In this document: piece by piece, positions 39,669-49,796 of the stretch
How positions within the stretch are numbered: position 1 is the first letter of the stretch
Layout of the letters: every line of letters begins with the position of its first letter
From: a phage
Sequence record: OZ335960.1
DNA length: 64,000 nt
Direction: 5' to 3' (one strand)
Made by a program: the position numbers and the translations under genes
The notes under the pieces: generated by a model
Seen by the model: only the letters and a program-made list of their open reading frames with translations
Told to the model about the DNA's origin: nothing
Databases searched by the model: none

Positions 39669-40684
39669 TGTGTTGCCTCTACATATAACTGATTTGCATA
39701 TTGAATAAGTGCTTCGCGATCAGAATCAGTGATGTCTGGAATTGCATTAATGTATTCTTCCATCAACGTCTGAAGAGATTGAACTTCAACTTCTTCACTA
39801 TCATCTGACTCGACAGAGTTATCAATCTTTGACACAACTCGTAATGAATGCACAACTTTTTCTAGTTCAGATTCGAACTTCGTTAGATTTTTGTCTACTT
39901 CAGTTACTATAACACGTACTGATAGATTTGTAAAATCTTTATAGTCAATTTTTCCCTTAAATGGATACTGAATTCGACGATGCCAGGTAGTGTTGTTTGG
40001 AATAAATTCCATTCGTTCTGTTTCTGTATCAAACATCCAGAACCCGCGAGGGTCATTCTCGTCACCTGCAGTTAGTGTCCATGGTGTCCCAATATATCTG
40101 ACATTAGCAGCCTCAGAGATAGTATGGAAGTGACCAGACCACACCTCTTTATAAGTCTTAAGGAAATCAGGTTCAAGACCGTGAGATTTCATTCCTTTAT
40201 AAAAATAAAATCCATTCAGTTCCCAGTGACCAACACAAAAAGAAGCAGATGAAGTTTTGATGTGTTCAAGAATTTCACCAGTATTTTCTTCGCACATCCA
40301 AGGAATTAAATCAATCAAACATCCGTCAAAATCTACTGTAGCAGGCTTATCATATACTTTAACATTAGGATATTTAGCCAAAAGCTCAGTAGAAGCATTT
40401 GGATGCATTACATTTTTGTAGTGGAGATCGTGATTTCCTACAATAGTATGTAATGTGATTCCAGCGTCATCAAGCATTTGAACTATTTCACGGGCAAACT
40501 CCATTGTTTTATGCGTGATCGCTTTTCGCACATCAAAAATATCACCATATTGAATCCATACCGTAATTCCATTTTTCTTAGAATATTCTATCGCTTGCTT
40601 AATTCCATCAATTTGAATACCGCGAATCCACTCATCATCAGCTTTAACGCCTAAATGCCAATCACCCAAGTTTAGTATTTTCAT
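39665..40684 (-). CDS. 47: recombination nuclease subunit gp47 (Mre11/SbcD-like)
   Basis: 339 aa as T4 gp47; phosphoesterase motifs GDWHLG, GNHD. Confidence 0.9.
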   Translation of the reverse strand: MKILNLGDWHLGVKADDEWIRGIQIDGIKQAIEYSKKNGITVWIQYGDIFDVRKAITHKTMEFAREIVQMLDDAGITLHTIVGNHDLHYKNVMHPNASTELLAKYPNVKVYDKPATVDFDGCLIDLIPWMCEENTGEILEHIKTSSASFCVGHWELNGFYFYKGMKSHGLEPDFLKTYKEVWSGHFHTISEAANVRYIGTPWTLTAGDENDPRGFWMFDTETERMEFIPNNTTWHRRIQYPFKGKIDYKDFTNLSVRVIVTEVDKNLTKFESELEKVVHSLRVVSKIDNSVESDDSEEVEVQSLQTLMEEYINAIPDITDSDREALIQYANQLYVEATQ

Positions 40685-41285
40685 GATGTCTTTTCCATCC
40701 TAATTTAGCTGCTTTTGAAACCAGTTCTTTAATTTTTCCTTTTGCCCATTCAGGACCAGGAGGTTCATGACATAACATTTGCTTAACTCCGTTATTATAC
40801 CATTTTTTACCTTTATTATGTGATGAAGCTTTAAATTTATTTGACCTTCCTTTTACATAACCTTCTGGAATATAAGGTAAAAAGGCAGATTTTCCTGTTA
40901 ATGGATCATGTGAATGTATATTTCCTTTACAATTATGAGAACCATATAATGGATGATTTTGTCCTTTATTATCTCTTCCAAATGAACCTTTTGGAGCAGC
41001 ATATGACATATTAAAGAATAATGGATTTTTAACTGCATCATGCAATCGTTGATAATATAACTCGCATTTAATAGCTTCTTCACGCGTATCAAATTCAGCT
41101 AAAATGCATGAATCAAATAAGTGAGGATTATCTGAAAGCTCTTTATTATAAATTTTCTTATACTTTTTAGATAAAACTGAACCATGATATCCAGCTAAAT
41201 GCCTATCTAAAGACGTAGATCCAATATAAAAAGGAGGAAGTTTATCTCCATTATATATTGTTAAATAAGTTATATATTTTTTCAT
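40662..41285 (-). CDS. GIY-YIG family endonuclease-like protein (Seg-like), 207 aa
   Basis: N-terminal ITYLTIYNGDKLPPFYIGSTS..R...E...N pattern; basic Gly/His-rich C-terminal region. Confidence 0.55.
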   Translation of the reverse strand: MKKYITYLTIYNGDKLPPFYIGSTSLDRHLAGYHGSVLSKKYKKIYNKELSDNPHLFDSCILAEFDTREEAIKCELYYQRLHDAVKNPLFFNMSYAAPKGSFGRDNKGQNHPLYGSHNCKGNIHSHDPLTGKSAFLPYIPEGYVKGRSNKFKASSHNKGKKWYNNGVKQMLCHEPPGPEWAKGKIKELVSKAAKLGWKRHHENTKLG

Positions 41286-41444
41286 ATATCAAGAACCGTC
41301 ATTGAAATGCAAAATAAAATTATTGAAATAAATCCATCTGGAGTGCTAAAGAACCCAATCCAACATGCTCTAGTGAATAGATAAAATGCGAGAAAAAGTA
41401 TCACATATCCAAGAAATATCATTATATCAAACTCCGTATAAAGC

Positions 41445-41460
41445 TAAAGGGCCGAAGCCC
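41445..41460 (-). terminator. UUCG-loop hairpin after a-gt
   Basis: GGGCUUCGGCCC on minus strand. Confidence 0.5.
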
Positions 41461-41461
41461 T

Positions 41462-42664
41462 TTATTTTGTAATAATGTCAAATTGTTCTTTAAAGCAGAA
41501 GCTTGAATCTTGATGCTGATACAAAAATTCATAAGCTTTTTCGCGTTCACGGTCATAAAGAGTTCGGTCAGATGACAGTTCTTTAATACGCTCAAATGTT
41601 GATTCCATGTCATTTTCATCAAACCAAACGATACCGCTATCATGAGAAATTAACGGAGTATTATCAACACGGAATTTTAAATTTTCGCCAGTAGATTTCC
41701 AAAATACTGGAATTGTTCCACATGCACCAAGCTCGAGATGAGTATATTCTAAAGAACGTTGTAGATATTTTTTATCCAACTTACTCAGCTGATAACCAAA
41801 TCCGGATTTACTCATGCGTTCAAGCATTTCGCTATTTACATAACGGTCGAGAATTTGCGTTGGCAAATTAGGAGCAATTTTAATTTGGTCTACTTGATGA
41901 AGACGATAATACTCGTATGGAATTCCTTTTTCTTTAATAGGAATGAACGCTGGAGAACGTTCCAGACCTTCCATAATAGTACTTAGTCCAGCAGGTTTAA
42001 GATGTTTTTCGTGAAAATCAAACATCTGATAAAAACCTTTCCATGTAGTCGTACGACCAATCCAACGGTTGACATTCATGTTAATTTCAGAAACATCTTT
42101 CCAGTAGGTTGATCGAACCTTCGCAATATCCATAGGAGGCTGAAAGTTGTATACAGTCGGTGCTTCTTCAATATCATCAAACAGTGAAACAGTTTCTGGA
42201 TACCATTCTTTCATCAAAACTTTATTAAAATCACCATTATCAGAATGACTAAAAATAACATCAGCTCGACGAACAGTTTCTTCTAACCCCAAATTTCGGC
42301 GCAAAGAAAGAGAAGAATGGTCATGTTGATAAACTACAACACGAACCGAAGGTTTAATGTTATCAATAATTTTTTTATAGTTATTAATAGTGTCTTCTTC
42401 GACTGAAGTAGCAGGAACTGAATTGATAATTAGAATATCACAATCATTTACCAGCTTAAGTGTTTTATCGTATTCTTTTGCCAATAAAACCGGAATTGAA
42501 AATGATTTATAATCATGCGCGCAATTACGGGTAAATGATTTATCTTTAGCATAAACCAAAGTTACTTCATGACCATTTTTAATAAACCAATCACGTTGCT
42601 CGAGAGAAAATTTAGTTACGCCGCAACCTTCAAGACCTCTAGCCATAAAAATACATACTTTCAT
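41462..42664 (-). CDS. a-gt: DNA alpha-glucosyltransferase
   Basis: 400 aa as T4 a-gt; position between 47 and 55. Confidence 0.85.
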   Translation of the reverse strand: MKVCIFMARGLEGCGVTKFSLEQRDWFIKNGHEVTLVYAKDKSFTRNCAHDYKSFSIPVLLAKEYDKTLKLVNDCDILIINSVPATSVEEDTINNYKKIIDNIKPSVRVVVYQHDHSSLSLRRNLGLEETVRRADVIFSHSDNGDFNKVLMKEWYPETVSLFDDIEEAPTVYNFQPPMDIAKVRSTYWKDVSEINMNVNRWIGRTTTWKGFYQMFDFHEKHLKPAGLSTIMEGLERSPAFIPIKEKGIPYEYYRLHQVDQIKIAPNLPTQILDRYVNSEMLERMSKSGFGYQLSKLDKKYLQRSLEYTHLELGACGTIPVFWKSTGENLKFRVDNTPLISHDSGIVWFDENDMESTFERIKELSSDRTLYDREREKAYEFLYQHQDSSFCFKEQFDIITK

Positions 42665-42713
42665 TTAATATCCTCATTGTTTTGGTTTATTTTACCAAAA
42701 ATTTATAAAGCAA

Positions 42714-42733
42714 TATAGGAGCCGAAGCTCCTA
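42714..42733 (-). terminator. UUCG-loop hairpin
   Basis: GGAGCUUCGGCUCC; weak U-run. Confidence 0.4.
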
Positions 42734-42907
42734 TCCGCATAATACACCATACAGAGGCTCATTAGAGCTTCTAAATTTTATACGCTTATATGTTATAGTT
42801 CCTTCTGCTTTAGCTTTATCATGAGACTCTTTAAAGCGTCTCATCATTTCTACTTTAGAGGAACGAATTTTATTATAATCTATTTCAGAAGTCTGGATGT
42901 TCATCTT

Positions 42908-43114
42908 TCACAGTTGCCACCATTTTTTAACTTGATAAGAATCAACCCACACTTTCATATTAGGGTCTGCTCTTACAATAGGAGGATTAACTTCTTTAAT
43001 TGAACTATCATGGTATTCTTTTTCAGAAATTTTCACACAAAGATGACCATTCAAAGATTCAGTAAATCCTGCATTAATTTTAAGACGCTTGAATTTTACG
43101 TGTGTAAGCATCAA
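42908..43114 (-). CDS. hypothetical protein, 68 aa
   Basis: Six-frame ORF. Confidence 0.4.
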   Translation of the reverse strand: MMLTHVKFKRLKINAGFTESLNGHLCVKISEKEYHDSSIKEVNPPIVRADPNMKVWVDSYQVKKWWQL

Positions 43115-43397
43115 TCATATCCTCAATCTGCGATCTAGTAGTCTTCCAAAGAATACTAATGAGTTCATCGTTATATGGCTGTTTTAGAATATCCCGACTT
43201 TTCTTGATAGCATATTCGTATTGAGCGAAATTATTGTTTTCAGCTGCAATCTGAGCGTGCTTATAAAGACGGTTCAGTTCGCGTTTGTTTTTAGACAATA
43301 ACTTATTTGCTTTTCTTTCTGCTTCAAGACGGTTCTTTTCTTCAATAGAAGAAATAAGCTTTTCCACTTCATCATTAATTTCGGGTTTATCAGTCAT
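43080..43397 (-). CDS. hypothetical protein, 105 aa
   Basis: Six-frame ORF. Confidence 0.5.
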   Translation of the reverse strand: MTDKPEINDEVEKLISSIEEKNRLEAERKANKLLSKNKRELNRLYKHAQIAAENNNFAQYEYAIKKSRDILKQPYNDELISILWKTTRSQIEDMIDAYTRKIQAS

Positions 43398-43398
43398 A

Positions 43399-43617
43399 TT
43401 ATTTCTCTAATATAAAATAAAAATCATCATCTGTTAAATGATACCGATAGTTTAATTCTACACCATTAGATTTAAAAGCGGTATCATACGGATTTTCTGG
43501 ATCAATATCAATGTCAAGAGCTAAAACTTCCCTGAGATACATTTTAAGTAAATAGGGAATAGCTTCAACTTCAGGTATTTCTTCCAAGAATCCGGAGAGG
43601 TTAATCGTTAGCCTCAT
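43399..43617 (-). CDS. hypothetical protein, 72 aa
   Basis: Six-frame ORF. Confidence 0.5.
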
Positions 43618-44158
43618 ATAAAAAATCCAAACTAGGAGAATCGTCTACAACACTTTTCTTTTCAGCCCCCGGTGTTCTATAGGTTGATTCTTCGTAATGC
43701 GTCATTTTATCGTAGATGTCTTGAATAAAAGTTTCATCTACTAACGCAACCATATCGTCGTCACGACTGTCATAGACATTGTGAACGAAGTAACTGTATT
43801 TCTTTGCAACTTCCTTACGTTCTTTTTTAATACGTTGGACGAATGCATTAAAACAAGCTTGAGTTATATATGCATGTGGGTTTTTATATTTCGTTTCATC
43901 AAAATTATGAAGCCCCTTAATAGAAGCTTCTATACCATCTGCAATCATTTCTTGTTTCCAAGATTGGGTGTATCCTGAAAAGTTGAAACGTTTAGATAAG
44001 CCTTCTGCGATAAGCATAATGGCCAATCCGATAGTATCATTCTGACGAACTACTTTATTTGGGTCTTTATTATTTGCTAATTCTGTTTTCCAATCAATAA
44101 TAGCTTGTAAAAGCTCTTTATTGTTTACGTAATTATATTTAGGCTTAGTTTCTGACAT
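43601..44158 (-). CDS. 55: late sigma factor gp55
   Basis: 185 aa from ATG at 44158 ([13 protein letters not shown]...), as T4 gp55. Confidence 0.9.
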
Positions 44159-44236
44159 TTTCACCTCTTAGCTCAATTCATAGATCTATTATATCATAAT
44201 ATTTGAAGATCTATCTTAAAGCATAGAGGATATCAG

Positions 44237-44506
44237 TTATCTAAGTAAGCAGTATGCTTGGAATACTTTCTCCATCATCTTTTTAAATTCATGAATATCT
44301 ATATAATGACTAGTTAAATCAGCATGATATAAAAAGTCTAAAAACTTTTCATGTGTGCTAACATATTCGCTTTCATTTAATTCAGAAACATGGCTTTCCC
44401 AATATCCAACACCAGTCTTATTTGGGAAAAATGAAATTTTCATGTATTGATCAACATAGAAAATGCCATAATTTTCAATAGTAATAGAAATATTAATAAA
44501 TTTCAT
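44237..44506 (-). CDS. hypothetical protein, 89 aa
   Basis: Six-frame ORF. Confidence 0.45.
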   Translation of the reverse strand: MKFINISITIENYGIFYVDQYMKISFFPNKTGVGYWESHVSELNESEYVSTHEKFLDFLYHADLTSHYIDIHEFKKMMEKVFQAYCLLR

Positions 44507-44724
44507 GCATTCATCAACTTAGCCGCTTCAAGAGCTGCATCTAGTGAATCAAACTGGTCAACGTATTCAATCAATTCGCCATAATTAGCGTATAACCACC
44601 ATTGGCTAAATTCATACTCAAGGATGAATCCATTTCCTTCAATTTGAGTTAAACCAATGCCATTTGTATTTACTTCATATCCGGCAAGACGTAAATCGTT
44701 AATAAGAGCTTCGTTCATATTCAT
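44503..44724 (-). CDS. hypothetical protein, 73 aa
   Basis: Six-frame ORF. Confidence 0.45.
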   Translation of the reverse strand: MNMNEALINDLRLAGYEVNTNGIGLTQIEGNGFILEYEFSQWWLYANYGELIEYVDQFDSLDAALEAAKLMNA

Positions 44725-45047
44725 ACCTTAGTAATTTTCAGATCAGCAAATTTTTTCTTGCGTTGATTTTTCATACGACGAATAGTTTTATCGGAAATTT
44801 CATGCTTTTGATAAGCTTTAGATTCTACACCAAAAGCTTTAACATCAAATTCTGACAAGATATATTGAACCAACAATTCGCGGACAGTATTGCGTCCAAT
44901 CTTCTGATCATTCTGTTTCATCGTCTGATGAAGCTCTTTTTCCCATTTATCCAAAATTTGAGGAGTTACAATACCGCCTTTTTCTAGCAAAGAAACTACT
45001 TTATCATATGCGTAAGAATTGATGGCGTTTTTAATTTGAATAGTCAT
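44721..45047 (-). CDS. hypothetical protein, 108 aa
   Basis: Six-frame ORF; basic C-terminus. Confidence 0.5.
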   Translation of the reverse strand: MTIQIKNAINSYAYDKVVSLLEKGGIVTPQILDKWEKELHQTMKQNDQKIGRNTVRELLVQYILSEFDVKAFGVESKAYQKHEISDKTIRRMKNQRKKKFADLKITKV

Positions 45048-45080
45048 ACATTATCCTCAATTACATTAAAATTTTATTAT

Positions 45081-45100
45081 CCAAAAGGGCCGAAGCCCTT
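45081..45100 (-). terminator. UUCG-loop hairpin
   Basis: GGGCUUCGGCCC plus U-run. Confidence 0.5.
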
Positions 45101-45299
45101 AGCTAAACTTTTTTGCACCCTTCCAGCCTTCGTACATCATTGCGGCTGATATTAATATTGCTCCTGAGCAACTTGAATATTTGTGATTCCAAAACCAGTT
45201 TAGAAAAACTTCGTCATCAATACCTTGGGCTATCATATTTTCAAAGAACTGACGACGAGATTCAGCAATTCGTTGCGATAATTTAGATTCAGGATTCAT
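45099..45299 (-). CDS. hypothetical protein, 66 aa
   Basis: Six-frame ORF. Confidence 0.45.
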   Translation of the reverse strand: MNPESKLSQRIAESRRQFFENMIAQGIDDEVFLNWFWNHKYSSCSGAILISAAMMYEGWKGAKKFS

Positions 45300-45515
45300 T
45301 TAAATTTTCCAGTTACCATTTTCATCAATAAATTTAATCCAATCATTTACTGACCACTTGGTCGTATCACCTTTTGGAGCAACATTTAAAGTGTATAATC
45401 CTTGTTTAAAAAGCATGCGTTTGATATTCATATTTTCCTCAGCTGTAACGATAGCACTCGTTTGATTTACGCTTAGCAACTCGTTGAGAAGTATTGTAAT
45501 CAAAATCATCGTCAA
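45300..45515 (-). CDS. hypothetical small protein (probable start at internal ATG 45431)
   Basis: Internal start MNIKRMLF has SD GAGGAAAAT. Confidence 0.35.
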   Translation of the reverse strand: MTMILITILLNELLSVNQTSAIVTAEENMNIKRMLFKQGLYTLNVAPKGDTTKWSVNDWIKFIDENGNWKI

Positions 45516-45732
45516 TGTAAACTGATTTTTTCAACTTTCTTACTTCACCACGTAATTGGCGATTTAACTCATCTTTAACTTCTGAATCAATGCCTTTCAT
45601 TCTACGCCATTTATCAGAGCGAAAAATGTTTTCGACCATATCTTTATGACTTACACCATCAGGAGCTTTACGCTTTCCAAAATAGTCATAATCACGCACT
45701 TTTAAATCTTTACGACGATACGTTTTACCCAT
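45439..45732 (-). CDS. basic protein, 97 aa
   Basis: ATG at 45732; Lys/Arg-rich. Confidence 0.45.
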   Translation of the reverse strand: MGKTYRRKDLKVRDYDYFGKRKAPDGVSHKDMVENIFRSDKWRRMKGIDSEVKDELNRQLRGEVRKLKKSVYIDDDFDYNTSQRVAKRKSNECYRYS

Positions 45733-45901
45733 GGAGTTTAATTTCCTTAGCAACTGAACTAAATACAGCACGATCACAAATCAAGCGTTTATTCCATTTA
45801 AGTAAAGTATAGTGAACCTCAAAATCATCTACTGCTGTAACAATAACAATATGTCCGTTAACACGATAATACTGATCTCTTTTAATCTCTTTATCAACCA
45901 T
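45725..45901 (-). CDS. hypothetical protein, 58 aa
   Basis: Hand translation MVDKEIKRDQYYRVNGH...; SD GAGGA; downstream of early promoter. Confidence 0.35.
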   Translation of the reverse strand: MVDKEIKRDQYYRVNGHIVIVTAVDDFEVHYTLLKWNKRLICDRAVFSSVAKEIKLHG

Positions 45902-45927
45902 ATCAAATCCTCAAAGGCAATTCATAT

Positions 45928-45963
45928 GTTAATAATACCACAGTTTGAACTTGTTGTAAACAA
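45928..45963 (-). promoter_or_regulatory. early promoter
   Basis: Minus strand GTTTACAacaagttcaaactgtggTATTAT. Confidence 0.5.
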
Positions 45964-46035
45964 CTTTGTGAAAATTATTTTAGGGAACGATAAGAAGGGA
46001 ACGATAGCTTAGAATGGTAATATACAGAATGTGAG

Positions 46036-46056
46036 AAAGAAAGGCCCAGAGGGCCC
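46036..46056 (-). terminator. hairpin terminator
   Basis: GGGCCC stem with short loop, U-rich tail on minus strand. Confidence 0.4.
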
Positions 46057-46059
46057 GTC

Positions 46060-46383
46060 TTAGTCTTCTATGATATCTCTATCATATCCAAGTGAAATGA
46101 GAGTTTCTTTGAAGTGTTTAATGTTCTTTTGTCTAGAATCATTAATGAAAATGACTGGATAACGAATATTAAGAGATGTGAATCCAGCGCGTTTAGCAAG
46201 AGATACAATCAGTGGACGATCATACTCAATCTTACCATTATTTGTAAGAACTTTATAGAAAGTAAAAGGAGCATTGAGCTCCTTTAAAAGTTTTGTAACT
46301 GATTGACATCCAGGACAACGACCAACTTCATCTGGAATTCCATAGACTTCAATCTTATTCTTTAAGTTCGAGTTTTGTTCCAC
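46060..46383 (-). CDS. nrdH: NrdH-like glutaredoxin (start codon uncertain, possibly GTG)
   Basis: CPGC redox motif after IEVYG beta strand; adjacent to nrdG/nrdD. Confidence 0.55.
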   Translation of the reverse strand: MEQNSNLKNKIEVYGIPDEVGRCPGCQSVTKLLKELNAPFTFYKVLTNNGKIEYDRPLIVSLAKRAGFTSLNIRYPVIFINDSRQKNIKHFKETLISLGYDRDIIED

Positions 46384-46666
46384 GAGAAATAATTCCTTGA
46401 TAAGCCCAATATGGCGGATTAACAGAATCATCGCCAGAATTTTCTTCAGGAAAATAAACCTGGATAACAAATCCAGATGCATCAAAGGTAAAATAAACCG
46501 TAGGTAATTCACCTAACAATTCAGCACGATTATTAATTTCTTCGAGTTCTCGTTCTCGTCCAGCCCAAAAACTAGGATTTAGACTACATTCATAGAAATA
46601 ATAGTCATTACCGAACATATCAAAACCCTTCCAACTCTCTACCACATACCGCTCAAAACTAATCAT
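46355..46666 (-). CDS. hypothetical protein, 103 aa
   Basis: Six-frame ORF. Confidence 0.5.
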   Translation of the reverse strand: MISFERYVVESWKGFDMFGNDYYFYECSLNPSFWAGRERELEEINNRAELLGELPTVYFTFDASGFVIQVYFPEENSGDDSVNPPYWAYQGIISRGTKLELKE

Positions 46667-46668
46667 AA

Positions 46669-46884
46669 TTAATCCTTTTTATCAAGAACAGCATTCAGCT
46701 TATTAGTAATTTTATCCAGACGCTCATTGAACTCGCTAGAAGATAGACCTTTTTCTGGAGAAATCAAACTAATCACGAAAAATATAACAATAAAAGGAAT
46801 AAGGAAAATAGCTCCAACTGCCATAAACAAAAAGAATGTTACAGTTGTAAGAAAATCAGCTAAACCTTTACGAAATTTATACAT
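46669..46884 (-). CDS. small membrane protein, 71 aa
   Basis: Long hydrophobic stretch. Confidence 0.5.
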   Translation of the reverse strand: MYKFRKGLADFLTTVTFFLFMAVGAIFLIPFIVIFFVISLISPEKGLSSSEFNERLDKITNKLNAVLDKKD

Positions 46885-46999
46885 ATTTTACCCTTAATTG
46901 ATTAACCAAGCATTGATAAGCACTAAACTATATTGTGAATAAAATTCTGGACCAAAATGAAAAATCATATCATTTATAGTGTCCATAATATAATTCAAT

Positions 47000-47470
47000 T
47001 TAATCATGTTTCCACACCCCATCGGTATTTGACCAAAGTCGCTGATTATCTGATCCTCGCCACAGCTTTTTGGTCGGAAGATTTTTCTCATACTTCCCAT
47101 CAATAATAACATCAACATATTTAAGCATTTCTAGTTGTTTAATATCTTCAAACTTATATCCTGTCCATAACCAAATGCTTTTATTGGGATAAAGATTTTT
47201 TACTGTTTGAACAATACAATGAACAACATCTCGGTTATCAGGATAGAGAGGGTCTCCTCCAGTTATAGTTAATCCTTCTATATAATCATTATTCAAACAT
47301 TCAATTAATTGTTCTAGTGTTTCACCAGTGAATGGAACGCCATTTCTAGCATTCCATGTTGATTTATTATAACACCCTTCGCATTTATGCAAACAACCAG
47401 TAACGAAAAGAACGACCCTGCATCCAGGGCCATTCACAAAATCGCAGGGATAAAATCTATCGTAATTCAT
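47000..47470 (-). CDS. nrdG: anaerobic ribonucleotide reductase activase NrdG
   Basis: 156 aa; radical-SAM cysteine cluster CLHKCEGC. Confidence 0.9.
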   Translation of the reverse strand: MNYDRFYPCDFVNGPGCRVVLFVTGCLHKCEGCYNKSTWNARNGVPFTGETLEQLIECLNNDYIEGLTITGGDPLYPDNRDVVHCIVQTVKNLYPNKSIWLWTGYKFEDIKQLEMLKYVDVIIDGKYEKNLPTKKLWRGSDNQRLWSNTDGVWKHD

Positions 47471-49284
47471 TGGTGTTTAACCCTATGCATGATTTCTTTA
47501 TTTTTGCCAAGATTAAATCCACGTTCGTTCGGATTTCCTAAATAACCGCAAGTTCTTCTTATTGTGTTCATCTTTTTAGGATCAGTTTCTCCACAAATAG
47601 AACAAACAAATCCGTTTTCAGTAGGAGTCATTTCATGTGTACTTCCGCATGTAAAACACTTATCTACTGGCATATTAACGCCAAAATAATCTAAATGTTG
47701 TGCAGCATAATCCCATACAGCCTCAAGACCTTTTAGGTTATTTTTCATATCAGGAAGTTCAACATAAGAAATGTGACCACCTGTCGCAATGAAATGATAC
47801 GGTGCTTCGCGAGAAATCTTTTCAAACGGGGTGATATTTTCTTCTACTGAAACATGGAAACTGTTAGTGTACCAGCCTTTATCAGTAACATCCTTTACAC
47901 TTCCATATTTTTCAGTATCAAGTTTACAGAAGCGATAACAAAGGTTTTCAGCAGGAGTAGAATACAAGCTAAAAGCAAAACCAGTTCTTTCAGACCACTG
48001 CTTAAGACGAGCATTCATTTTAGTTAAAATTTCCTGTCCAATATTACGTCCGACAAGAATATTCAATTCGTGAATTCCAATGTATCCCAAAGACACTGAA
48101 CTTCTACCGTTTTTAAATAACTCAATTATGTCGTCATCAGGTTTAAGACGAACCCCGAATGCACCTTCTTGGTAAAGAATAGGAGCTACAGTTGCTTTAA
48201 CACCCTTTAAAGAACTAATTCTACACATCAAGGCTTCAAAACACAAATCCATTCGTTCATTAAATAGCTCAACAAATTTCTGTTCATTGAACTGTGTTCC
48301 AATATAAGAATCTAACGCAATACGAGGAAGATTCAGTGTTACAACACCAAGATTATTACGTCCATCAAGAATTTCATTACCAGTCGAATCTTTCCATACA
48401 CTCAAGAAACTACGACAACCCATTGGAGAAACAGGAATAGATGAGCCGGTGATAGCTTTATTGTTCTTAGCTGAAATAATATCAGGATACATTCTTTTGC
48501 TTGCACACTCTAGAGCAAGCTGCTTAATATCATAGTTCGGGTCGTCTTTATAAAGATTAACACCTTCTTCAACGAACATAACAAGTTTAGGGAAAATAGG
48601 AGTTATCCCATCACGACCAAGACCTTTAATACGATTTTTCAGAATTGCTTTCTGAATCATTCGTTCAGTCCAATCAGTTCCCGTACCAAATGTAATGGTT
48701 ACAAAAGGCGTTTGTCCGTTTGAACTAAAGAGAGTATTTACTTCATATTCATAAGCTTGGAATGCATCGTATACGTCTTTTTCTGTTTTAGACTGGGCGT
48801 AATTCAACGCATCAGCGATTTGCCATTTTTCTGCATCCTCAATATGTTTTGCATAGGTGCGTTTAACATAAGGAGAAAGTACTTTATCTACATTCGCAAA
48901 AGTCGTTCCGCCATATTGATGGGAAGCAACCTGTGCAGTAATTTGCGCCATAATTGCAGTAGCAACGCCGATTGATTTAGGAGTTTCAATCTGTGCATTA
49001 CCGAGCTTAAATCCGTTTTCAAGCATTCCTTTTAAATCTACTAAACAGCAATTAGTAAATGGAAGAGCAGGGGAATAATCAATATCATGGAAATGGATAA
49101 TTCCGCTTTCATGCGCTTTCATAATAAAAGACGGGACCATATTTTTGGCAATGTGTTTAGACACAATACCAGCCATAAGGTCCCGTTGAGTTGGAAAAAC
49201 ACGAGAATCTTTATTAGCATTCTCGTTTAAAAGGTCTTTATTAGTTTTATGAATCAATCCTTCAATTTCTTTTTCAATTGTCAT
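47467..49284 (-). CDS. nrdD: anaerobic ribonucleotide reductase NrdD
   Basis: 605 aa uninterrupted; glycyl-radical motif RRTCGYLG; C-terminal zinc cysteines. Confidence 0.95.
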   Translation of the reverse strand: MTIEKEIEGLIHKTNKDLLNENANKDSRVFPTQRDLMAGIVSKHIAKNMVPSFIMKAHESGIIHFHDIDYSPALPFTNCCLVDLKGMLENGFKLGNAQIETPKSIGVATAIMAQITAQVASHQYGGTTFANVDKVLSPYVKRTYAKHIEDAEKWQIADALNYAQSKTEKDVYDAFQAYEYEVNTLFSSNGQTPFVTITFGTGTDWTERMIQKAILKNRIKGLGRDGITPIFPKLVMFVEEGVNLYKDDPNYDIKQLALECASKRMYPDIISAKNNKAITGSSIPVSPMGCRSFLSVWKDSTGNEILDGRNNLGVVTLNLPRIALDSYIGTQFNEQKFVELFNERMDLCFEALMCRISSLKGVKATVAPILYQEGAFGVRLKPDDDIIELFKNGRSSVSLGYIGIHELNILVGRNIGQEILTKMNARLKQWSERTGFAFSLYSTPAENLCYRFCKLDTEKYGSVKDVTDKGWYTNSFHVSVEENITPFEKISREAPYHFIATGGHISYVELPDMKNNLKGLEAVWDYAAQHLDYFGVNMPVDKCFTCGSTHEMTPTENGFVCSICGETDPKKMNTIRRTCGYLGNPNERGFNLGKNKEIMHRVKHQ

Positions 49285-49754
49285 TTTAAACTCTTTCTAA
49301 GCTGCTTCTTAAATGAAGCTATTAATTGTGTTTTGGTGTCAGATTCATTATATTCAAATCCTCTTTGAAGCATCTCAGCCATCATTTCCTCTTTTCCTAA
49401 ACGAGAAAATTCCTTTGATTTATCTCCAACGAAGTTAGGGTGAATATTATTTTGAGTGTAATCAGATTTTAAATAAGTAAGTAAATTTTCTAACCATTCA
49501 AGATAATCAACACCTTGTCCCTTTAAGCCAGAACGATTAAATTTGTGCTTCATTTGACCTTCCGCTGCATTGCAGAGATTACAAAGCAATCCACGTACCT
49601 TTCCTGCTTTTGGTCCATTTAATTCGTGGTCATGGTCGAGGTGATTAGCTTGAACATCAGGATTTAGTTCTCGTTGGCAAATTAAGCATTTACCGTTTTG
49701 TGCATCATAAAATTTCTGTTTTTCTTCTTTGTATAATTTGCCAGTCAATAACAT
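49281..49754 (-). CDS. 49: endonuclease VII gp49
   Basis: 157 aa as T4 gp49; HLDHDH and Cys zinc-binding motifs. Confidence 0.85.
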   Translation of the reverse strand: MLLTGKLYKEEKQKFYDAQNGKCLICQRELNPDVQANHLDHDHELNGPKAGKVRGLLCNLCNAAEGQMKHKFNRSGLKGQGVDYLEWLENLLTYLKSDYTQNNIHPNFVGDKSKEFSRLGKEEMMAEMLQRGFEYNESDTKTQLIASFKKQLRKSLK

Positions 49755-49796
49755 AATAAAACCCTTACCTTGAATAGATAAGGGTATTTATTATTT

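Noticed and set aside
31227-41643. Minus-strand track ORFs nested in other frames of larger genes (31227..31412 in gene 43, 38729..38992 in gene 46, 40898..41092 and 41422..41643)
   Set aside because: Alternative-frame shadows of recognised genes
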